Shown here one piece after another: positions 26,059 to 37,253 of a DNA stretch of 64,000 bases. The stretch comes from Takakia lepidozioides (taxonomy: Eukaryota; Plantae; Bryophyta): contig CM060732.1 in assembly GCA_030704615.1 (NCBI GenBank), positions 52,390,001 through 52,454,000 of the forward strand, given 5' to 3'. The notes under the pieces were generated by a model. It did not search any database and was not told where the DNA came from. It saw only the letters and a list, made by a program, of their open reading frames with translations. Both the position numbers and the translations under genes were made by a program. Every line of letters starts with the position of its first letter. Position 1 is the first letter of the stretch.

Positions 26059-26679
26059 CACCCCCTCCTGTAGCACCGAGTTCCTCGAGGAGTGGTAAAA
26101 TCGTGGACTTGCTTAGAGTTGGAGAAAATCCAAAATCCGACGAATGGTACTTGTCAAGTATTCGGCTCTACGTTCTTGACTCAAATGATTTATAGGTCCC
26201 TACAACCATCGATACTGTCCAACACCTTGAACTTGGGACCACGCAGTGATTTGAGCATTCTGATTTTCGAAGCTGCCTTCAAACATGATTTCGTTGCCCT
26301 CTGGGTCCAAAGCCTCAACCTCCAACAGAATTATCAGACTTCGAATATGCTCCTCTTGTCGTCGTACGGGGTCCACACGAGGAAGTACGCGTCGCATTGG
26401 TGGCCCATCATCTCGAGACCGTCGGCGTGATGTTGAAGGTTGTGAGAGTCGAAACAGCTGATCTGGTAGTTGGGTAAGCGACAGCTCCAATGTATCTAGT
26501 TCCTATGACTACATTTTGTCAATACAAGATGCAAGAGTGCTGGAAGTGTAGCTATATATACTGATGTGTGGTGCTCCTCCCTCCTTAGCGTGTATCAGAT
26601 ATATTGAATGTGGAGTTTTCACCTTTAAGCTAATTTGGCTAACATCATCATTTTGACGTCTTACTGACGTGTAGCTCAG

Positions 26680-26850
26680 GGCTTAGCTGGATATCGTTGA
26701 TGAAACTCTTGGACTTTGTCTGATGCATTGGCGAGGTTGGATGAAGGTTCCCACTTTTGTTTGCTGATGTCATAGCCTTTCCAATGTACGAAATACTCAA
26801 GACGTTTATGCTTGATGCGAGAGTCTAGGACTTCGTCGACTTCATGGTCA
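26680..26850 (-). mobile_element. Chromodomain of the chromoviral integrase
   Basis: HEVDEVLDSRIKHKRLEYFVHWKGYDISKQKWEPSSNLANASDKVQEFHQRYPAKP. Confidence 0.9.
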
Positions 26851-27020
26851 ATAATGTTTGACCGCGGCTCCTAGTCATGTAGTAAAATGTATGACTGCAT
26901 TAGATTAAAATATATTAAAATGCGCCCAACAATGGGTTTCATCACGTCGTAGTCCATATTAGTCATGGTTACCAGGTTTTATATCACTCGTAGTCATAAA
27001 AACGTTAATCTGTAGTAGTG
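26851..27020 (+). mobile_element. One terminal arm of a CACTA element
   Basis: Ends ...AACGTTAATCTGTAGTAGTG (reverse complement starts CACTA), followed by TSD CTG 27021-27023; TAGTCAT/ATGACT subterminal repeats. Confidence 0.8.
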
Positions 27021-27199
27021 CTGGGACCATTCAAAATTATTCGACAAATAAATCCGGTCACAGTTTTTCGGCTTGAACTCCCACGAAGTATGCACTACCA
27101 TCCAGTCTTTCATGTTTCATTATTGGAGTTGTATCATCCATCGAATATTCCAGGGAGAGTTTCCGTACCACCTCCACCAATCGAAATCAATCATCATAC
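27021..27199 (+). mobile_element. Chromoviral integrase GPF/GPY segment
   Basis: [36 protein letters not shown]...[10 protein letters not shown]. Confidence 0.88.
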
Positions 27200-27319
27200 A
27201 AAAGTTAAAAAATTCAAAAAAAAACTTTAGGGTTTCCCACGTTCAGCCGTGAACACAGAGGCCTGGGACTTAGCCTCCTTTTGTCTCCCGCGCTACCATA
27301 TGTTTTCGTAGTATCGAGC

Positions 27320-30300
27320 CGAAGAAGTGAGAACTTGTGTGTCATGGGACTGGATGATCGCAGGATATGCAATGCAGGGGCACTGATGCAGCTTTCTTGA
27401 GCTTATTCTTGAGCAAATGATGCAGGAAGGCCGAGGATATGCCACACAGCGGGGGTGTGGTATAGAGAGGCTTCGGAGACGTATGAGCAAATAATGCGGG
27501 AAGGGGTGAAGCCGGACCGGGTCACGTTTGTTTGTGTTTGCAATGCGTGTGCGAGCCTGGCAGCCCTGGAGAATGGTAAAAGGTCCATGTTGCCATTGTC
27601 AAATTTGGAATTGTACCCGATGTCATTCTGAACAATACCCTCGTGGACATGTATGCCAAATGTGGCATTATTGAGGATACAAAGGGAGTGTTTGAGAATA
27701 TGGCTGAACGAAATGTCGTGCCATGGAGTCTAATGATCGTGGGATATTCCCCAGCATGGATGCGGGATGGAGGCATTAGAGACCTATGAACAAATGACGC
27801 GGGAAGGGGTGAAGCCAGACCTGATCCGTTTGTATATGCAATGCGGTGTGCGGGCCTGGCAGCCCTGGAAAAGGACAAAGAGGTTCATGGTGACATCATC
27901 AGAGCTGGAGTTGTACCCGACGTCATTCTGAACAATACCCTCGTGGACATGTATGCGAAATGTGGGTGCTCGAGGATGCGAAGGGAGTTTGCAACGGTAT
28001 TGCTGAACGATGCTTGCGGGGTATGCACAGCAAAGCCGCGGGAAAGAGGCTTTGACACCTACGATCAAATATGGCGGAAGGGGTGAGCCCGACCACATCA
28101 CGTTTGCATTTGCAATGCATGTTGCAAGCCTGGCATCCCTAGAAAATGGCAAAGAGGTCCTGTGACATTGTCAGAGCTGAATGTACCCGATGTCATTCTG
28201 AACGGTACTCTCGTGGACATCATTTATGCAAAATGTGGGTGCATCGAGGATGTAAAGGGCGTGATCAACAGTATGGCTGAATGAGATGTGGTGTCGTGGA
28301 GTTGCGATGATGCATGATATGCCAACAGGGCCGGGATGGAGGCTTTAGAGACCTATGGCACCTTCTCAAGCACATTTCAGCCTGTTTCCCCTGTTATCAG
28401 AGTCGTCATAAAATTTCCAAGTTGAATTCTGCAAGTTAGCTCATTGGTGCAAAAAGGTGAATGGCTGTTGGAGCTCAGTCAGCATAAAAACTGTGTGATA
28501 AGTAGGGTTAGGGGTTTGCTGAACATAAAGGCAGAGATAGCCTGAAGGAGCAGGGAATGAGAGTGGGTCTAGATTCATCCAATAGGGCCAGATTCAAGCC
28601 CAAGATTACTTATGATTCCCTGTGGATCATAGCTACAGAAACCTGCATGGTGTATATGGTACTGAATGCCGCCACGCAGCAGCGGCACAACTGATAAAAT
28701 CAGGCACTGGAATCAATGCACTTTCTTCAACCCTTTCACCCTGTTTTTCCCTCTTATCAAATCGCGCTAATCCATGTTGAATTCTGCAAGTTCCGCTAGT
28801 TGAGTGAAGTAGTTGGAGTGACCTTTGACATTATACTGGCTACTGTGACAACATAAAGTATCCAAAACACATAATGGAATAAAGAGAATCTGTGGATGAA
28901 TACTTTTCTGACCCCAGTCATGGTGGGACACCGAGGCAAAGGTGATGCCTGTTGATTACAGGAGAGTAGCAGACGCAATTCAGTATAAGCTGAGTTTGGT
29001 GTTTCCTCCCTAGAAAATCTAGGCTGTCCATTATCACTGCCAGGCAAAGATGTATGCATGATTTTGTAGGCATGGATACTGAAGAGCAGGGATAGAGTAT
29101 GGGTCAAGATTCATCCAAGAGGGCTGGACTTCAAGCTCCAGCTTACCTTGATTCTAGGTGGATTAGTAGCTACAAACCTGCATGGGTAGAATGGTCACAC
29201 TATAGGCAGCAGCTGCAGCGACACAGTTGATAAATCAAGCACACATCAACCCTGACCCATCTTCTAAAATTAGGATCAAGAAGGGCTTCCACAATGCCTG
29301 CACTTTGGCATGAAATACTTTTTTGTGGTAGGCAGCCTGACAAGCTCTACAGACTCTAAACCAAGGAGGCATGTCAGCAAGATTCAGATATGTATGTCTG
29401 TCTCTTGCTTAGTCATCAAGATGGAAGGTCTGGAAGCTGGAAAACAGGTGCACACCCACATTATCCAAAGTGGATTCACGCCAAAAAAAATTCTACTCAA
29501 CATTCTTGTCAACATGTATGTTAAGTGCCGGAGCATCGGGGATGCTCACCAAGTGTTCAACAAAATGCCTCAATGATTTTTGACCACGTGGAGAATTATG
29601 TTGGAAGGATTTACCAAGCATAGGTGTGGTAGGAATGGTTTGGAGACATATGAGCAAATGATGTGCGAAGCGGTGAAGCCCAACCACATTACATTTGTTT
29701 GTGTTTGCAAGGCGTGTGCAAGCCTGGGAGCTCTGGAAAAGAGGAAAGAGGTCCATAGTGACATTATCAAAGCTGGAATTGTACCAGATGTCATCCTGGA
29801 AACAGAAGCGGCAACAGCACAATTGATAGAACAATTCGCTGCTAATGAAGGTACCTTCTTCAACACATTTTGCCATGTTATCAGAGTCGTCCTGATCCTG
29901 CTTGCATCCACACTCTGCATTGGTATGGGCACCTACTTTTGTTCATGTGCCTGGCTGTCTTGGCCATGGCAGATTTGTTAGTCTTAGGTCAAGCTGCATG
30001 GATAGTTTGTCAATGAGGTGAGGGTCATAGTCTGTTCAAGTGTCAGTTCACATTCCATTGATGGGGATATTATGTCTGTCATGAATAGTCTTTCACTGGA
30101 ATCCACAAAGGGCAATTCAGATATGATCTGCAGTATGACACTGTGCTATGTCAACTGGAAGCCGCAGTAGCAGCGACACAATTGATACGCACTGCTAATC
30201 AAGGCACCTTCTTCAACACATTCCACCCTGTTTTACGGCCCTAAATTTCCATGTTGAATTCTGCAAGTTAGCTGGTTGAATGAACCTTTGATAGTTTGGA

Positions 30301-31480
30301 GTGACTTTTGACTTGATACTGCCAATGTGTCCAAAAACAGGTAATAGAGATGAGGAGAAGCTGTGAAATGAATACTTTTTTGACCCTAGTCAATGGTGGG
30401 ACAATCGAGGCAAAAAGGTGAATGCCTACTGGATCACAGAGAGTAGCAGATGCCATTGAGCATAGGAACTCGTGTGATAAGTTGAGTTGGGTGTTTCCTA
30501 GAAAAAGTCTAGGTTGTCATTGGTAGCTGCTAGTAGCAAGGCAAGGATGTATGCATGATTTGTGCAAGCATGGATAGCTGAAGGAGTAGGTATAGAGTGT
30601 GGGTCCATCCAAGAGGGCTGGATTTCAAGCTCCAGATTACCTATGATTCCCTGTGGAATGATAGCTACAAGAAATCTGCATGGGTAGATGGTCAATTGGA
30701 AGCTGCAGCAGCAGTGGCACATTCGATGTAATCAGGCACTGCTAATGAAAGCACCTTCTTCAACACATTTCACCCTGTTTTTCCCTCTTATGCGAATCAG
30801 CCCTAAATTTTGATGTTGAATTTTGCAAGTTAGCTGGTTGAGTGAATTGAGTTTGAAGTGACTTTGACATGATACTGCCAATGTGACAACATGAAAGTAT
30901 CCACAAACATGTAATAGAGATGAGGAGAAGCTATGGAATGAGTACTTTTCTGACCCCGTCAGTGGTGGGACAGCTGTGAATGCCTGTCAGATTACCAGAT
31001 GTCATTCTGGACACCCCTGGTACTGGACATATTGTATGACAAATGTGGGTGCATGCAAGGGAGTGATCAACACTATGGCTGAACAAGATGTGGTATCGTG
31101 GAGTGCTTGCAGGGTATGCACAGCGGGGACGTGGGATGGAGGCTTTGGAGACCTATGAGCAACTGATGGGGGAAGGGGTGAAGCCCGATCACATAATGTT
31201 TGTGTGCGTTTGCAATGCATGTGCGAGCTTGGCAACCCTGGAAAAGGGTCAAGAGATCCATGGTGACATCATCAAATCTGCAATTGTACCAGAACTCATC
31301 CTGCACATTGCTCTGGTGGACATGTATGCCAAATGTGGGAGCATTGAGGATGTGAAAGGAGAGTTCAACACTATAGCTGAACGAGATGTGATGTCGTGGA
31401 ACGCGATGCTTGCAGGGTATGCACAGTAGGGGCGCGGGATGCAGGCTTTGGAGACCTATGAATGATGGGAGAAGGGGTGA
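27320..31480 (+). pseudogene. Array of PLS-type PPR gene fragments interleaved with ~540-bp repeated spacer units
   Basis: At least six degenerate PPR segments ([55 protein letters not shown]-like) at 27320-28360, 29380-29800 and 30990-31480; spacer copies at ~28360, 28680, 29800, 30160 and 30700. Confidence 0.85.
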
Positions 31481-31859
31481 AGCACATGGTCACCAACTCA
31501 AGGTTTCCCACATTTCTATACATTTGTCAAGCTCCCATTTCCTACTGGTCTAGAGAGTGAACACATATGAAGGCATGTGCTCATTTGGTTGGCCTCACTC
31601 TCGGGGTAGAATGATGGCCGTTGTATGTGTGCTATCCTAGCTGGTTGCTTGGACCCCGATGTTTCTCAGGGGGTTTTCGTCAGTTCCTCTTGGGATTTCT
31701 CGTGCTTGAACAATGAAGTATATTTTGAGAATATATATAGGCGGACTGGTTCGAACACCATGTCAGTGTCTGATGTATTAACCTCCAATATCGTTCGCAG
31801 GGTTGGCCTTTCTTCTTTGCCGATTGTTGTGCTTATGAGAGCTCCACATGGTTTATTAA

Positions 31860-33230
31860 ATTTCATATTAATTTAATTTAATTTAATATCTGCATTATTC
31901 ATTTACAATTAAATAATATTTAATAAATTATAAAATCTGCATGACCAACATGTGTCGGTCACAGACCACGTGACATCTGTAGTGTTGTAGTGATATAGCC
32001 ATAGAGAGAGAAGACTCCGGCCGAGGCCGACGTAACTAAGAGCCATTTCGCCTTGCGGCTACTGCCTCCTTTCGGGGGTGGGCCCTATAACAAAAAGTGT
32101 CTAGGGGGACACCAGGTGACCGCTAAGAATAGAGGGGGCGAGAGTACCCTTGGATACCCAGGGGTATCCTGGGGGACCTAAGGTGCGTTTGAAGTGTCGG
32201 ATTCCAGTTGGCGTTTGTTGGTGATAATAGCTGTGAGTGAACGGACCGTAAGATGGATTTCTATGAAACATTTGTGGATGGGAAGAATGGGAATTTGGAA
32301 GTTATCGTGTATGTCCGTGATACTGGCGTTATGAATGTTACCTCGAGTGCCGACTGTGATGACAGTTAACGGGCCGGTTTTCCAGCCACGCCTTCGGAAT
32401 GCAAGGATAAGCGGGGCATATTTTTGCCGTTTTTCTAAGATTGAATCATTTGGATAACGATCATGGCAAAATGTGAATTCAATGAAATGGATGGTGAGTT
32501 GTGGGGATGGTGAGGTGGGGGGTAAAGTGTTGATAGGTAGACCTTGGACAAGGAGTATGTCCGGGCAAAGTCGAGCGGGGCATGAGCATGGTGTTTGGGT
32601 ACATGTGCAAGGGAGTAGCCACGGTGATATTGTGTGGTCGGGTGGCCGTCCCTAGCAGGTGCCTGCATTCATGAGCGAGAACCAACAGGTTTCAGCACGT
32701 TTTAGAAAGAGCTTATGGAGGTGTCAGACTGCCTGGTTATGACGCGTGATATGCAAGCCATGTATAACTGGGTGTGATATAGTCACACCCATAGTCGTGT
32801 AGTCATAGAGATATGACTACTCCATTGCCTCATTAGGGGATGATTACACATGTCAAATCCCAAAGGATCCCACGTGTCACGCAGGCGCCTCTCCATGTAG
32901 ATGCTACGTGTCACATCCGGAGGGTCACACGTGTCCTGGAGACGCCTCTCCATGTAGGCGCTCTACAGTAGTGTTGTGGTTGTAACCTTAATCATAACAT
33001 TCAGTCATGTAGTCATCTATTTATGACTACATCACCAAACCCTACATCACTATGCGTCGATGGACAAGTGTCACGTCCTCAATGACTACCATGACTTCGC
33101 ACTTATCACTCCGTAGTCATGGTAGAACTGACTTCGTGTTTGTCACTACAAAGTGAGGTAGTCATAAAAGCACTTATCACTGCATTTGCAGTGATATCCA
33201 TAGTCATAAAAACGTTAATTTGTACTAGTG
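31860..33230 (-). mobile_element. Other arm of the CACTA element (contains LINE copy 2)
   Basis: Terminus CACTAGTACAAATTAACGTTTTTATGACTA at 33230-33201, 28/30 identical to 26991-27020; TSD CTG at 33231-33233 (minus strand); many GTAGTCAT repeats; inner boundary approximate. Confidence 0.8.
32002..32773 (-). mobile_element. 5'-truncated RLE-type LINE copy 2 with ~12-bp TSD
   Basis: RHNQAV...PWLLPCTCTQTPCSCPARLCPDILLVQG...IHFIEFTFCHDR...EKRQKYAPL...VITVGTRGNIH (PD-(D/E)xK-like RLE); TSD GTGATATAG(C/T)CA at 31990-32001 and 32774-32785; CT tail. Confidence 0.85.
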
Positions 33231-33700
33231 CAGGCGTTGATAATCCAACTTCCTTGATGGTCACGAGATTTGTATGTCCCGTCGAAGAAGCCACACACGA
33301 TCTCCGACCTTGAACTGGGGTTGGAGTTGACAACATCGATCTGCATACTCCTTGTATTGTTTTTGAGCTTCTGCGAGGTGGAATGTAAGTTCCTTGTGAA
33401 TCATAACAAGATGAGTAGCAAGGTTTTCTACAGCAGGGCTTACAACAGTCTTCATGTGGAAAGGGTTTGCTCGAGGATGATGACCATAATTGGAGAAAAA
33501 TGGAGTTTGTTTGGTCGAACAATGTATAGTGTTGTTGTAGGCAAACTTGGCCAATGACAGAAGGTCCGTCCAATTATCTTGGTGATAATTTATTGTACAA
33601 CGAAGATATTGCTCCAAAATCTGGTTTACATGTTCGGTTTGACCATTAGTCAGTGGATGATTAGCTGTAGAGAGGTTGATCTTAGTATCCAATATGTGAA
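33231..33700 (-). mobile_element. Chromoviral integrase core (C-terminal half)
   Basis: INLSTANHPLTNGQTEHVNQILEQYLRCTINYHQDNWTDLLSLAKFAYNNTIH...TPFFSNYGHHP...FKVGDRVWL...KLDYQRL. Confidence 0.9.
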
Positions 33701-33880
33701 CAATTGGTCCAGACCCATACCCCTTCAGGCATTGACCAATTGGCCAATGCCATATGAAAGGGGGACCTGATTTTCTATCGATTGAGCCAAAAAAATGCCC
33801 AATCAGCCTTAACCACATGAAGTTATGGCTGGTTAAGCAAACCCACGCGACCTATTCTGGGTCGCTTGGGCACTTAAGGG
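33701..33880 (+). mobile_element. Second half of the split piggyBac-like element
   Basis: GGTCGCTTGGGCACTTAAGGG|TTAA; also resembles the right end of the 17 kb element (GGTCGCTTGGGAACTTAAGGG|TTAA). Confidence 0.6.
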
Positions 33881-34867
33881 TTAAGGCTCCGCATAATATC
33901 TAACAACTATGGAGGTGTGCTAACAAAGAGGAGAGCCGTAATTTCATAACACATATCAAATAACGTTCTCATATCATTTTCAAGTGTAATTTTTTATAGG
34001 GCAGAGATTTCATGACATTAAGGGTGACATAACAAAAAAACAAGTAACATTTATCCAAAGTCGCCTGAGTTGTGTGCCTATTTCTATGCCTTATTATGTC
34101 CCTAATTATGTCCCTAAATCCTAAGCCCTAATGAAAATAGGTACCCCTAATGTATATCTTCAAGCTCCAAGTTCCACATATCTACAACTTTTGTATCCTA
34201 CAAAAGAATAACACATTAGGGAAAAACAAACTCACAATAACTAACACCATCCAAAACACACAAATACCAAACAATGATTGAACAATTTAATATAATGAGG
34301 CAAACAACGGGTTTCAGTAGCGAAATAAATCAAGGTATCGGGTTTCGCCAGCGAAATAAGGGATTTCGCTAGTGAAATTTGTTGGTATGGTTGCGTAGGT
34401 CAGTATCCAATGGTTTCGTGGGCGAAACAAATTGTGTTGTGTTTGGTTTTGCATATAAGAGGCGACATGAGATTTTTTTTATTTTGCTAATGAATTGTTA
34501 TGTACTTATTGCGGTATGTCGGTACCCATGCTTTCGTGGACGAAACAAAATGAAACAATTCTAGTTTCGCGTATTGCTCATATAATCGGGCGTCACCTGC
34601 ACTTGACTAAATTCCCCCGTATTAAGCAACGAATTTTTTTGATATAGACGACACTGACCGGATATTGCTTGCGTCCCAACTTTGCCTGCTTTGCGCTCAC
34701 GTGAGCACAATTTGGTCCCGTGAGCACAAATTACACATTTTAGTTTCGTCGTAGCATCTTTTTGGGAATATTCATGGAATTTTCGGCATTTTCTCTTCTA
34801 CTCACGTGAGCATGCGCACAGAGACTACCCAACCTCCAAATTGAAAGAACAATCCTACTTTTTCACG

Positions 34868-35130
34868 AATAGAGCCCACCCCACCCCCAAAAGGGGTGGT
34901 AACCGAAAAATGAAGTGGCTCTAAGTTACGCCAGATAGGGCCAAAGTCTAATCTCTCTTTGTCTTAGAGGCTTCCCATGGGATGTCATGCTCGTCAAGGT
35001 CTAGCAAGTACAAAGCCAATTTATTTGTGTTCATATGGAGCATGGAAAGATTAATTCTACAAATAGGGCCCACCCCCGTAAAGGGGTAGTAGCCGCCGGC
35101 TTAGGCCGGAGTCCTCTCTCTCTCTCTCTC
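34868..35130 (+). repeat. Two isolated copies of the RLE-LINE structured 3' terminus with CT tails (34868-34960, 35063-35130)
   Basis: AGAGCCCACCCC...GGGGTGGTAACCG...GGCTCTAAGTTACGCC and AGGGCCCACCCCCGTAAAGGGGTAGTAGCCG...CCGGCTTAGGCCGGAGTC(CT)n. Confidence 0.7.
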
Positions 35131-35960
35131 ATGCTACAAGTTCACTATCATTTCTCTTCATCACATTGTGAATGTGCATTAGTTCAACGCAAGCTTGTCA
35201 ATAGTGCTTGGCAAGGGTGCTACTACCTATGACACCCAAGTGTTCGGTGAGTGAAGGGATCTTACTGCTGGTGTGTTGGGGTGACTCTTTCGCTGGCCTT
35301 GATTATTTGGGGAGTGGCGAGGCTGTCCAAATGTTGTTTGTCTTTCTGTTCGGTATGTCATACCTAGTATCCATATTCGGTCAGAGAGGCGGTAGTGTTG
35401 GACGATATAAATTTGTGATAGTTATAACATGTTGGGGGTGTTTCCAACTAGGGTTTGTCCTTCACTTACCTTGCAAAGTAAGGTTTCCCTCGCACATAGG
35501 AGGTTTGGTAATAATATGATATCACATGGCTTGTTGAAATTAACGATCGTGTACAAAACTTGAACTTCACTTGAACTTCACTGGGTAGCTGAAGAGAGTC
35601 AAGCCGGTTACATCTGCAAAATGAAGATATCAAGTTTTCCCTTGAGTCCTTGAAGCATACATCCAGAGCAGTTGCTGTCTATTTGTGATTTAGAGAACAA
35701 ACAAAGTGGACGATGATCTTACCAACAAGCAAAGGACAAGATGTATGGCATTCATATGTTGCTTGGTTCCCTGCCAAAGCAGACAGCTGCCATGCACTGT
35801 CCAATCCAGAAAAGAGGCCTCCACTTGTACAAAACATTTCTGTAATCTAGCCAACTACATCACTTCACTGAACCCCCTGTCACCTCTTCAAACCCTTTTC
35901 CCTGAATCAGAAAGCCCATAAAACTCTAGTCGATACACCAATTTCTGGACAGTACCTAGT

Positions 35961-37253
<1,293 letters not shown>

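Noticed and set aside
28360-30975. CRISPR-like repeat-spacer array
   Set aside because: Units are ~540 bp and degenerate, the context is eukaryotic, and there are no short identical repeats or cas genes
27320-31480. Functional PPR gene, or stops repaired by U-to-C editing
   Set aside because: Many frameshifts and deletions; CGA-to-TGA stops fit CpG decay in nuclear DNA
32003-32090. Canonical hammerhead or HDV ribozyme call for the LINE 3' motif
   Set aside because: Stem-GAAA and the three-way topology are present, but the CUGANGA core and NUH site are not; I could not build the HDV P1/P3 pseudoknot
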